Shown: positions 1 through 11,087 of the stretch, one piece after another
Numbering within the stretch: the first letter of the stretch is position 1
How the letters are laid out: the number at the start of each line of letters is the position of its first letter
NCBI GenBank assembly: GCA_937921305.1
Contig: CAKZSU010000005.1
Span: 74,740-138,739, forward strand
Reading direction: 5' to 3'
DNA length: 64,000 nucleotides
From: an uncultured Patescibacteria group bacterium
GTDB taxonomy: Bacteria > Patescibacteriota > Microgenomatia > UBA10105 > UBA927
Made by a program: the position numbers and the translations under genes
Notes under the pieces: generated by a model
The model's database searches: none
The model's input: only the letters and a program-made list of their open reading frames with translations
What the model was told of the DNA's origin: nothing

Positions 1-549
1 CGTACAAATGTCGCGCAAGTGTTCGATGCCGGGATTCTTGCTCTTCCATGGACATTGTTTCTCATCATGATTGGAGAATTCTTGCATGGAGGAGAGATTG
101 GAAAGCCGACAACATCGTTTCTTGGTGTTCGATTTCCCGGCGACGATGTAGTTCGCCATCCTGTTCATTTGTATGAGTCTTCTGTATTATTGATTGTTGG
201 CATAGTATTTTTCGTTACAATGAATCGAGCGCTTCAGGATAAGTGGCCACATGGCTTGATTGGATCTTTGTTGTTAGTCGTTTTGACGCCACTGCTTTTT
301 ATAGTTGAATTTTTTAAGATGAGCCCAGTATACTTGTACGGTATCACTATTACGCAATGGATGTATGTTGCGGTCTTTGCGCAAAGTTTTGGCATCGTAT
401 TCACAAAAGGAGGCATCTATGAACGGATTGTCTACACAATTTCTCGAAGAGGTTCAAAAAAATCTTCGGGAGGAGCTGGAGCGGATCAAGCAACGAATGA
501 ACGCGTTGAAACTTCAGGATCCGTTTCAGGATCCGGATCACGCGAATGA
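1..549 (+). CDS. integral membrane protein, 5' partial (runs off the window start); 3' end uncertain because its tail overlaps the DksA-like ORF
   Basis: The frame is open from nt 1. Several hydrophobic TM-like stretches (LALPWTLFLIMIGEFL, VLLIVGIVFFV, LLLVVLTPLLFIVEFF). The low-complexity tail after ~nt 420 may not be translated. Confidence 0.35.
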   Translation, partial: RTNVAQVFDAGILALPWTLFLIMIGEFLHGGEIGKPTTSFLGVRFPGDDVVRHPVHLYESSVLLIVGIVFFVTMNRALQDKWPHGLIGSLLLVVLTPLLFIVEFFKMSPVYLYGITITQWMYVAVFAQSFGIVFTKGGIYERIVYTISRRGSKKSSGGAGADQATNERVETSGSVSGSGSRE

Positions 550-756
550 TAACGCGGCAAGCGACACAGAAGCCAATGAAGAAGCTGGCCATGATCGAAT
601 CTCCGCGATTTTAGAAGAACTTTCAAAACAGTGGGACGTAACAGAACAAGCGTTGAAACGCATCGATGATCGTTCCTACGGCCTCTGCATTTCTTGCGGA
701 AAAGAAATAGGAGAGGAAAGGCTTCGTGTCAATCCAGCTGCCGAACGATGCGTGAC

Positions 757-775
<19 letters not shown>
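419..775 (+). CDS. DksA/TraR-family C4-type zinc-finger protein
   Basis: AAGGAGG RBS 5 nt upstream of ATG 419. Coiled-coil N-terminal half. C-terminal CxxC-N17-CxxC (CISCGKEIGEERLRVNPAAERCVTC) is typical of the DksA/TraR zinc finger. Confidence 0.65.
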
Positions 776-3539
<2,764 letters not shown>

Positions 3540-3568
<29 letters not shown>

Positions 3569-4241
3569 CATCCTCGATGTCTTGGGAAGATTCAACGCGA
3601 CTAGGTGATGGAATATACACGTGCGACGAGGTAAAAGACGGTTGATCTTTATATTTTTCTCCTCTTGCAATCTCTCGGATCAACACAGTAAGAAGATTCT
3701 TTCCTGTGGAGCGAATGATTGCTTGATATTGATTCCCCGCTTGAATATATTTGTTCAGTTTGTGCGATATGTCGTCCGGGAGAGCTCCTAAATAGGTGTT
3801 TGCGATCGTTCGTATTTCAATGCAGTGTTTTTTTACTTTCATCTGAACTTCTTGACCACAGGAGACTTGCGTAAGAACCGAGGTTGGCGCAAGTTTAATG
3901 CAGGAAACAACTTTTGTTTTTCCTGGTTCTTCAAGAAACATACGAGGGGAGGCGATTAGCATTTTTCTATTTGAAGTTTTTTGGTCTTCAAGTTTTTTGA
4001 GATTTTTTTGCGCAATTTGATTATAGGGGTCGCGCTTGAGCACTTGTTGATATGCTGTTTTTGCTTGTTCGATCTTTTCTTTTTGAAGATACGCAAATGC
4101 GAGCCGATTATACGCGTCTATGTCGTCGGGGTTTTCTTCAAGAATGTGGAGGTTGATGCGGATTGCTTCGTCCCACTGTTGTGACAATGCTGCGTTGATA
4201 GCATCGTTGGCAGACAGGGCAGGAGACGATGTATCGTTCAT
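3540..4241 (-). CDS. hypothetical protein with N-terminal TPR-like repeats
   Basis: 233-aa ORF. N-terminal TPR-like helices (AYNRLAFAYLQKEKIEQAKTAYQQVLKRDPYN). Converges on and overlaps the LCP gene by 29 nt. Confidence 0.5.
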
Positions 4242-4279
4242 AAGTGGTCAGTGTAGGAAGTTTATAGTAAAATGTCAAT

Positions 4280-4834
4280 ATGGCTGGGCATTCAAAATGG
4301 TCAAAAGTGAAACATCAGAAGTCTGTGACGGATCAAGTCAAGGCAAAATTGTTCACGAAAGCGTCGAGAGCAATTACGGTCGCGGTTCGCGAGGGTGGAG
4401 GGGTAACTGATCCAAATCAAAACGCAAAACTTCGATTGGCGATCGAGCAGGCGAGAGCGGTGAATATGCCCAAAGAAAATATAGAACGAGCGATAGCGAG
4501 GGCAAGAGGAGCGCAAGAACAACAATTAGAATCGCTTGTGTATGAGGCGTACGGACCGGAAGGCGTTGCGATGATTATCACCGCTGTGACCGATAATCGT
4601 CAGCGGACTGTCTCAGCGTTAAAAAACATTCTTAGCCATCATGGCGGGGCGCTTGTTGCTCCCGGAGGCGTGATGTTTTTATTTCAGCGGATCGTGAATA
4701 ATGCGGGAATAAATTATGAACCGTTGCATACGGTATCATTATCAGATCAAGCTCAAGAGCAATTTGATCGCCTCATCGACGCGTTAGACGATCTTGACGA
4801 TGTCCAAGATATTTTCTCTAACGCCGCGTCATGA
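4280..4834 (+). CDS. YebC/PmpR-family DNA-binding regulator (short, 184 aa)
   Basis: MAGHSKWSKVKHQK...NAKLRLAIEQARAVNMPKENIERAI and the acidic C-terminus DALDDLDDVQDIFSNA are YebC hallmarks. Shorter than the usual ~240 aa. Confidence 0.8.
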   Translation: MAGHSKWSKVKHQKSVTDQVKAKLFTKASRAITVAVREGGGVTDPNQNAKLRLAIEQARAVNMPKENIERAIARARGAQEQQLESLVYEAYGPEGVAMIITAVTDNRQRTVSALKNILSHHGGALVAPGGVMFLFQRIVNNAGINYEPLHTVSLSDQAQEQFDRLIDALDDLDDVQDIFSNAAS

Positions 4835-5685
4835 TACTGCGTATTTTTCAACTATTCAACCGATTTCAGCGTCCACATAGAGGGATAAAGGGTAGGCATG
4901 AACCGTTGTTGACGAAACGACAAGAATTCGTCTTGATAAGTTTTGCGTTGGGAATAGGTTTAATGATTACTCAATTGCTTCCAGAATATCGGTATCCAAT
5001 GGTGATTGTTCTTTCTATCGCTGCATATTTTGGAAGTGCCTTTGCGTTGCGAAAAGATCTGTCTGGAGTAGAGTTTTTTACGCTATTGATCCTCCCCACG
5101 TTATTCACCGCCGCGGTGACGCTGTTCTACTTTTTGCTTCCACTCCGTTGGATTACGCGGATTCCCGTGTTGGCATTGTACACGCTTGGGATGTACGCGT
5201 TGCTTCTCACGGAAAATATCTACAATGTCTCGGCAAATCGGACAATTCCATTACTTCGCGCCGCGCATACCATCGGGTTTTTAATTACATTGGTCACTTA
5301 TTTTTTGTTGGTTTCAACGGTTTTAGCGTTTCGATTGCACGCGATCCCAAACGCGATTCTTATTGGCGCGATTAGCGCTGTGTTGATTCTTCAGATTCTT
5401 TGGTCTATTGATCTGGAAACAGATCGGATTCAACCCAAAATTTTTCATCTCACTTCCACATTAACACTTATTTTTATGGAGCTTGCGTGGGTATTGTCTT
5501 TCCTCTCTGTGAAGTCGACGATGAAAGCGTTGTTTTTGACAACCTGTTTTTACAGCCTTGTTGGTATAGCGCAACAATATCTTGCGGAGCGCTTGTATAA
5601 GAAAACCGTTATAGAATTTTCAAGTGTTCTTATTATTGTTGGCATTGTATTCCTTTTTGCGATGAATTGGCGAGGAAATTTTTAG
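4831..5685 (+). CDS. polytopic integral membrane protein, hypothetical
   Basis: ATGA overlap with the yebC-like stop. At least 6 hydrophobic segments. No recognised family. The true start may be further downstream. Confidence 0.5.
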   Translation: MILRIFQLFNRFQRPHRGIKGRHEPLLTKRQEFVLISFALGIGLMITQLLPEYRYPMVIVLSIAAYFGSAFALRKDLSGVEFFTLLILPTLFTAAVTLFYFLLPLRWITRIPVLALYTLGMYALLLTENIYNVSANRTIPLLRAAHTIGFLITLVTYFLLVSTVLAFRLHAIPNAILIGAISAVLILQILWSIDLETDRIQPKIFHLTSTLTLIFMELAWVLSFLSVKSTMKALFLTTCFYSLVGIAQQYLAERLYKKTVIEFSSVLIIVGIVFLFAMNWRGNF

Positions 5686-5943
5686 ATAGATTTGAGGTAG
5701 GAGAGAGGACAAAGTGATATATTCTGATACAGTTATATTATAGGCCTATAAAAATGTGGATAAGTTTTCACGATATCCTATAAAAGTTTTCACGAATTGC
5801 ATACATAATCCTCATTTGATGTAGGCAGTGTTTGTATTTGATAGTAAAGAATGAAAGAAACGATGATAGAGAGATGTGTGTTGTCATGTTTGCTCGTTTC
5901 AGTATTTAGAAACACTTAGGAAAGGTGCTCTTTTCTTTAAAGT

Positions 5944-5977
5944 TCTTCAGATGTTTAACTACGTTCAGGATAACAAT
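5944..5977. repeat. copy of the dispersed CTTCAG..TTCAGGATAACA hairpin repeat family
   Basis: ttcttcagatgtttaactacgttcaggataaca; same core as copies at 6.2-6.5 kb, 8.2 kb, 13.7 kb, 16.3 kb, 36.3 kb and 62.9 kb. Confidence 0.5.
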
Positions 5978-6197
5978 GTGTACTTGCATACTAAAAAGAA
6001 GTTGCCAAGCATTGTCAAATGGTTTTGTTTTCTGCTAGGTTTACGAAATGATTGGTGGATTGTTTTAAAAACTAGCTTCAAAAGTTTATTTTTGGATTGT
6101 TAAATCAATCTAAAACTAATTTTTTGTGAAGGTGGAGAAATATATAACATAAAAAAACCGAACAAGTGTTTTTTTATGTTATTTTTCTCTTTGTCGC

Positions 6198-6507
6198 CCT
6201 GAACTCGTTCGAAGATCTGAAAGCTTGCGAAGAAATCAATACCACATCATTGCAAAATGTTGAAATAATTTCAGTATAAAATAAGGGATGTATTGCACTC
6301 TTTGACCCTTCTTCTTAATTCTGAACTCTCAATTCAGGATCCGAAGACTTGCGAAGAAACCAATACCATATCATTGCAATGAACTACATTCAGCATGATA
6401 AGAGCGTATCGTCCTGAACATGGTTCAGAATCTGGGGAGTCTCGAGGAAGGGAACGCTCTTTTTATTAGATACTGAAACACGTTCGGCATGACATAAAAT
6501 GTGTATC
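6198..6507. repeat. cluster of at least five CTGAA-loop-TTCAG hairpin repeats (followed by GATCC/CATGATA/CATGACA), interleaved with a ~45-bp direct repeat
   Basis: cctgaactcgttcgaagatctgaaag (6198-6223); ctgaactctcaattcaggatcc (6321-6342); acattcagcatgataagagcg (6386-6406); cctgaacatggttcagaatc (6413-6432); ctgaaacacgttcggcatgacataa (6483-6507). Confidence 0.6.
6214..6381. repeat. two copies of a ~45-bp direct repeat (6214-6259 and 6338-6381, ~90% identical)
   Basis: gatctgaaagcttgcgaagaaatcaataccacatcattgcaaaatg versus gatccgaagacttgcgaagaaaccaataccatatcattgcaatg. Confidence 0.7.
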
Positions 6508-6946
6508 ACAAGTTAGGAAGGGAAACGTACTCCATAATGTCGCACAATAATACTTTTACGACGTTTAAGATGAAAAAAGCGAGAGTGGACGCTTTCGTAT
6601 GATTCTTGTTGCCATTGTTTTTTTTGCCGTTTTTCCACATTTCTGGTTTTGCTTCTTGTATGGAGATTCCGGGGTAAATAATACCTTCTCTTGCGTGTTC
6701 ATCCCATATTTTGTGGCAATCAGCGCATAATCCGACGCCGTTCACGCGTTCATCAGATCCACCCATTCCTTGCGGAATAATGTGATGAATTTGCGTTTTG
6801 CATTTTTTCCCACATGCAGCACAACATCCATTCTGTTCTTGACGTATTTGATCTTTTATTTCACGAGAAAAGGCAAGGCGGGATAATTCCCATACAGTAA
6901 GAATCGTTATTCCCAAGGCAATTGGCTTTTTTAGTATTTCCTTCAT
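6506..6946 (-). CDS. HNH endonuclease domain protein
   Basis: CCAACGKKCKTQIHHIIPQGMGGSDERVNGVGLCADCH is a canonical HNH motif (Cys pairs plus HH...N...H). N-terminal hydrophobic segment. The 3' tail runs through the att-like motif at 6545-6563, so the true C-terminus is uncertain. Confidence 0.7.
   Translation of the reverse strand: MKEILKKPIALGITILTVWELSRLAFSREIKDQIRQEQNGCCAACGKKCKTQIHHIIPQGMGGSDERVNGVGLCADCHKIWDEHAREGIIYPGISIQEAKPEMWKNGKKNNGNKNHTKASTLAFFILNVVKVLLCDIMEYVSLPNL
6545..6563. repeat. left copy of the 16-bp direct repeat ATAATGTCGCACAATA (att/dif-like core)
   Basis: cATAATGTCGCACAATAATAc; identical 16-mer at 8371-8386; degenerate copies at 8451-8467, 62923-62937 and nt 7-20. Confidence 0.6.
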
Positions 6947-7290
6947 TTATTTTTCATTTGCGATTTTCGAATCGCAAAGACTGTAAGATAGTCTTCTTCG
7001 TGATCGGGGTGATATCGATGTGGGTCAAGACGATGCATTTCCATTTCAAGTCTATGTTTTGTTAATTCTGCGTATTTTCTGCATTGGAAGCATCCGCAAG
7101 TTTTCGCTCTATGTTTAGCTTCTTCACATTCCTTCCAAAGGTCTAAAAAAACTTTTTCTTCCACATCTTGAACGAATCTATTTGCTTGTTCAAGAATTGA
7201 TTGATCAATTTCTTTTGACATAGATAGATGGTTTGAATATTGAGAAGAACTATATATCGCAATATGCTGAAATGCAAGAGCTAAATTCAT
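6943..7290 (-). CDS. small hypothetical Cys/His-rich protein, apparently co-transcribed with the HNH gene
   Basis: ATGA overlap with the HNH ORF. CGCFQC motif and His-rich C-terminal region (HRLEMEMHRLDPHRYHPDHEED). No recognised family. Confidence 0.45.
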   Translation of the reverse strand: MNLALAFQHIAIYSSSQYSNHLSMSKEIDQSILEQANRFVQDVEEKVFLDLWKECEEAKHRAKTCGCFQCRKYAELTKHRLEMEMHRLDPHRYHPDHEEDYLTVFAIRKSQMKNK

Positions 7291-7296
7291 GAAGAG

Positions 7297-8191
7297 TGAA
7301 GTTGCAAGGAATCGATCATGCGCTTTGCAATAGTGTAATTTTCGGCATGTCTGCCATTTGGCTCAACAAGGATATAGACATCATTTCGATCTTTAAACAT
7401 TCTGAGCAACTCTTTCATTTCCTGTCTATTGGGGACAGCTTGATTCGTTTGACACAGTGGATTATCAAGATGATCATGAAAATCTGTACCATTATATGGC
7501 GGAATAATGTATCCAAGATTAAGAATCTTCGTCTGATGAAAGAGTTTTTTTGTTATCTGGACGACTGTTGACCATACAAGCGAGCGTTGAGTTGTCCGGA
7601 TTGTACACGCGGTGTGACCGAAGTCGTTTGCAACGGAGAATCCTTGTTGGTATTTTCGAGATTAAAAATATTGAATGGATTGTCTCGTTTATTCGGGCTA
7701 TACCAGTCATTTGTATCTCGCGATGGGATCGTTTCGATGGCAAGAATAATATTTCGCTCGTTGGCATATTCCGTGAGAATCGTGAGATTTTCAAGAAATA
7801 TCTCTTGGGCTTTTTCTTCGGGGATTGGTTCTCCTGCTGGAACGAATCGCTGTTCGTCAAGGTAAATTTTCACTGGGATACGGGTGCTTGGGTGAAATAC
7901 GACATACTGAAAGCCGTGAATGTATGCGGTATCAATCGTTTCTTTGAGTTGCGCCATTGATGGTTCAACGATAGCGTTGTTTGGAAGCGCAATGTTCGTC
8001 CATGTATGATCTGGAAGATGTCCCCAAAAATGTAAGCCAACCTTCATGTTCCGTCGTTTTAGTTCTTGAAAAAGATTGTTATATTGATCTTTTCTTAAAA
8101 TGTTGAACCATATTTCGGCGAATGGCGGGTTTGCTTTTGCAAGATCGTCAAAACTGTCTTTTTGCGGTCCAACTTTAATTCCAAGAATCAT
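7297..8191 (-). pseudogene. xylose-isomerase-like TIM-barrel (sugar phosphate isomerase/epimerase family) gene, interrupted by a frameshift at ~7645-7660
   Basis: ORF 7553-8191 carries family-like motifs (ILGIKVGP, VVFHPS, LAIETIP, NLEN) and then ends in junk-like sequence. The adjacent frame (7661-7297) is open and continues with ANDFGHTAC..DVYILVEPNGRHAENYTIAKRMIDSL. Adding 1 nt in the A-run at ~7651-7656 joins both into one ~300-aa protein. Confidence 0.5.
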
Positions 8192-8240
8192 AGAATGGTT
8201 TGTTTATTATAGCTTATTGGAATGATTGCTTGTTTGCTTG

Positions 8241-8300
8241 TTATTCAGACACGCTCAGGATGACACGTTGTTGTCACGCTGAATTCATTTCAGGATATAG
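8241..8300. repeat. two copies of the TCAG..CTCAGGATGACA / CTGAA..TTCAGGATA hairpin repeat
   Basis: ttattcagacacgctcaggatgacacg and gctgaattcatttcaggatatag. Confidence 0.55.
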
Positions 8301-8364
8301 AATCGGTTGAAAAGATTTTGTTTATCCGTAATTCTCCAGATATGGAAGAACCATCTTTTTAGTT

Positions 8365-8392
8365 TTTATAATAATGTCGCACAATATTATTC
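8365..8392. other. candidate dif/att-like site: 27-28 bp imperfect palindrome with ~11-bp AT-rich arms around a CGCAC core, containing the right copy of the ATAATGTCGCACAATA repeat
   Basis: tttATAATAATGTCGCACAATATTATtc lies 110 bp upstream of the xerC-like start. Its reverse complement matches itself at 21 of 27 positions. It also contains a perfect TATAAT. Confidence 0.45.
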
Positions 8393-8450
8393 TTCTCTAT
8401 CTATGATTTTTTCTTTTAGTTATATATCGTCGAAAACGATCATACTCTTC

Positions 8451-8467
8451 TTTAATGTCGCACATTC
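8451..8467. promoter_or_regulatory. third, degenerate copy of the TAATGTCGCACA motif, 35 bp upstream of the xerC-like start (possible operator/promoter element)
   Basis: tttAATGTCGCACAttc, followed by TTGATT and TGATAAAT promoter-like hexamers. Confidence 0.35.
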
Positions 8468-8501
8468 TTGATTTTGCTCGTCATGTGTGTCATCATGATA
8501 A

Positions 8502-9449
8502 ATGCATATGACCACATCTTCCCTTACGCTTGATGATCTTGTCCGTCAATTTTTAGAACATCTTGAGATTGAACGAAATGTTTCTCGATTAACGATTCGG
8601 AACTACGCCCATTATCTTCAACGATTTTTGACATTTCTTGGAGATCATCCCTCTATTGATGACATTACCTTTGAAAAAGTTCGGTTGTATCGTCTGTATT
8701 TGTCTCGATATGTTGACGAACACGGGTGCTCGTTGAAGCGGGTGACACAGAATTATCATCTTATCGCGCTTCGTTCGTTTTTGAAGTACTTGATGAAGCG
8801 AGATGTTCCATCGCTTGCTCCAGAAAAAATAGAACTTGCGAAGGCGGAAAGTCGAAGTCTTTTGTACTTGGATCGAGAGCAAATAGAGCGTTTGCTTGCG
8901 TCGCCGAGTATTAGCACAGAGGAAGGGTTACGAGATAAAGCGATTCTTGAGACATTATTTTCCACTGGTCTTCGCGTTTCGGAGTTGGTGTCGTTAAATC
9001 GAGATCACATTAATGTTGAACGAAAAGAATTTGGCGTAATTGGAAAAGGAAGAAAACCTCGCGTTGTGTTCCTTTCTGATCGCGCCGCGGAGTGGATCCA
9101 GCGATATCTTGCAAGCAGAACCGATGAGACGATTCCGTTGTTTATACGATATAGCGGTCCATTGCCGAAAGAACGCGATCCGAAGGGAGAGTCTCTCCGT
9201 CTATCCGCGCGAAGCGTCCAGCGGATTGTCGAGAAATATGTGAAAAAAGCGAAAGTCTCAAAAAAAATTACCCCCCATGGACTTCGTCACAGTTTCGCGA
9301 CAGATTTGCTTTCCGCCGGCGCAGATCTTCGGTCGATTCAGGAAATGCTTGGACATAAAAATGTTTCAACAACGCAGATTTATACTCACATTACGAATAC
9401 ACAGCTTCGCGAAGTGCATAAAAAGTTTCATGAACGACAGACTGCTTAA
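8502..9449 (+). CDS. xerC: tyrosine site-specific recombinase, XerC/XerD family
   Basis: C-terminal catalytic region HGLRHSFATDLLSAGADLRSIQEMLGHKNVSTTQIYTH (R..H..R..Y) and N-terminal core-binding domain; 315 aa. Confidence 0.85.
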   Translation: MHMTTSSLTLDDLVRQFLEHLEIERNVSRLTIRNYAHYLQRFLTFLGDHPSIDDITFEKVRLYRLYLSRYVDEHGCSLKRVTQNYHLIALRSFLKYLMKRDVPSLAPEKIELAKAESRSLLYLDREQIERLLASPSISTEEGLRDKAILETLFSTGLRVSELVSLNRDHINVERKEFGVIGKGRKPRVVFLSDRAAEWIQRYLASRTDETIPLFIRYSGPLPKERDPKGESLRLSARSVQRIVEKYVKKAKVSKKITPHGLRHSFATDLLSAGADLRSIQEMLGHKNVSTTQIYTHITNTQLREVHKKFHERQTA

Positions 9450-10189
9450 CGAATTTCGTAGCTGATCGTTACGGTTACCGTTACTTCTTGAGAGCCCGGT
9501 TCGATCGATGTTGGCGCATCTTTTTCCGTTATAGCGCTTCTTATCATTGGCATCGGATAGAATGGCGGATTTCCGGTGTTCTCGCTATAGTTAATGACTC
9601 TTCCCAGCTGAAATCCCGCGATTTTTGCCGCTTGTTGGGCTTTTTTGAATGCGTCTTGAAACGCCTTTTGCCTTGCTTCATCTTCTGCTTTTGATCGATC
9701 AGCGATATCAAAATTTATTCCTCCAATAGTATTTGCGCCTTGCGCGGTCGCGATGTCAATGACTTCATTGATCTTGTCCATGTCTCGGACTTTGACGAGA
9801 ATCGTCGCGTTTGCGTTGTATCCAGTTATCTTTTGAAATCTATCCATATAATCATAATTTGGATAGATGCTGTAGTTAGTTGTTTGTATATCCTTCTCAT
9901 CAATGTCGAGTTTTTTTATAGCGTCAGACACTGCGTTTATCTTTTTATTAAGATCGTTTTGTGTTTGTTTTGCTGTAGCTCCTTGCGTTTGAACGCCAAG
10001 GTTCGTGATCGCAATGTCGGGGACAACCGTAACTTTTCCTTCTCCTGTGACAGAGAATGTATCGGTTTTTTGCGTGACCACGGAGGATACAGAAAGCGGC
10101 AACGGATCCGCGAATTTAGTATACAGATACAGCATAGCGAAAAATATGATTGGCCATAGGAGTGTTGCCGGAATGTGTTTATTGTTCAT
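9446..10189 (-). CDS. SIMPL-domain (DUF541) secreted/membrane-anchored protein
   Basis: Signal/TM segment PATLLWPIIFFAMLYLY. DUF541-like core (...GANTIGGINFDIADRSKAEDEARQKAFQDAFKKAQQAAKIAGFQLG). Start taken at MNNKH; an upstream ATG at 10249 also exists. Confidence 0.7.
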   Translation of the reverse strand: MNNKHIPATLLWPIIFFAMLYLYTKFADPLPLSVSSVVTQKTDTFSVTGEGKVTVVPDIAITNLGVQTQGATAKQTQNDLNKKINAVSDAIKKLDIDEKDIQTTNYSIYPNYDYMDRFQKITGYNANATILVKVRDMDKINEVIDIATAQGANTIGGINFDIADRSKAEDEARQKAFQDAFKKAQQAAKIAGFQLGRVINYSENTGNPPFYPMPMIRSAITEKDAPTSIEPGSQEVTVTVTISYEIR

Positions 10190-11058
10190 GGAGTGGATCC
10201 TCCTTTTTGAAGAATTATACATGCTTGCGTAACATTTTGCATAAGGCACGCAACAGTAATTGGCCCTACCCCTCCTGGAGTCGGTGTATAATATCGAGCT
10301 TTGTTGTGAATATCATCTTCATCATAATCTCCGTAGAGCGTTTCATTATTTTGTTTTATTAACCCTACAGAAATAAGTATGCTTCCTTCTTTCATGTTTT
10401 GTGATTGAATCGTGTGTCGTTTTCCCACACAGGAAATGAGAATATCCGCGGTTTTTATGATTGTCGTCGGAGAATGCGTTGATCGGTCGATCCCTATATA
10501 CGGGATGCCATGACGGTTAAGCAAAGATCTTATGGGCGCTCCTGCGGTTTCTCCCTTGCCAATAACAACGATTCGTTGCGATCGAAGCCATGCATGGGTA
10601 TTAGGAAACCATTGTTTATATTCATGTTGATAAATATGGTCAAGGATAGTGAAGACTGCTGTTGCGGATGGAGGAGTATGAGGCGATGTTGGTGTAAACC
10701 CGTCAACATCTTTCAATGGATTAATCGTGTTGACAATGCTTGTCCGTTCATTAGTTGACCATGATGGTAATGGTCGTTGGACGATGATTCCGTGAATGGT
10801 ATTGTCTTCATTTGCTTTTTGTATGTCAGAGCGAATCACAAGCGGCGATGTGTGTTCAGAGTATTGGTAAATATCGCAGGATATGCCGACCTGCTCCGCT
10901 GCGTGTTGTTTTTGCAGGATATAAGAGCGTGATGATGAATTGTTTCCAAGAAAGAACACGAGTAGTCTCGGGTGGATTCCTTGTTCTTGTATATCGCGGG
11001 TAAGACGAGTAAGAAGAGTATCCGCTATCGCTTTGCCGTCGATTCTTATTGCCTTCAT
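10186..11058 (-). CDS. folD: bifunctional methylenetetrahydrofolate dehydrogenase/cyclohydrolase
   Basis: VIGKGETAGAPI...PGGVGPITVACLMQNV and the N-terminal FolD signature; 290 aa. Confidence 0.9.
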   Translation of the reverse strand: MKAIRIDGKAIADTLLTRLTRDIQEQGIHPRLLVFFLGNNSSSRSYILQKQHAAEQVGISCDIYQYSEHTSPLVIRSDIQKANEDNTIHGIIVQRPLPSWSTNERTSIVNTINPLKDVDGFTPTSPHTPPSATAVFTILDHIYQHEYKQWFPNTHAWLRSQRIVVIGKGETAGAPIRSLLNRHGIPYIGIDRSTHSPTTIIKTADILISCVGKRHTIQSQNMKEGSILISVGLIKQNNETLYGDYDEDDIHNKARYYTPTPGGVGPITVACLMQNVTQACIILQKGGSTP

Positions 11059-11087
11059 TCATGTATTATACTACGATTTTTGAATCC

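Noticed and set aside
5876-6103. 75-aa ORF in the long non-coding region
   Set aside because: It is AT-rich with stop-poor composition, has no RBS and no similarity to anything recognisable, and overlaps repeat units. It is probably spurious.
6146-6180. Perfect 12-bp A/T inverted repeat (aacataaaaaaa-ccgaacaagtg-tttttttatgtt) as a possible terminator
   Set aside because: The all-A/T stem is very weak and lies 460 bp from the nearest gene end. It may be part of the repeat-rich region instead, so it is not called as a terminator.
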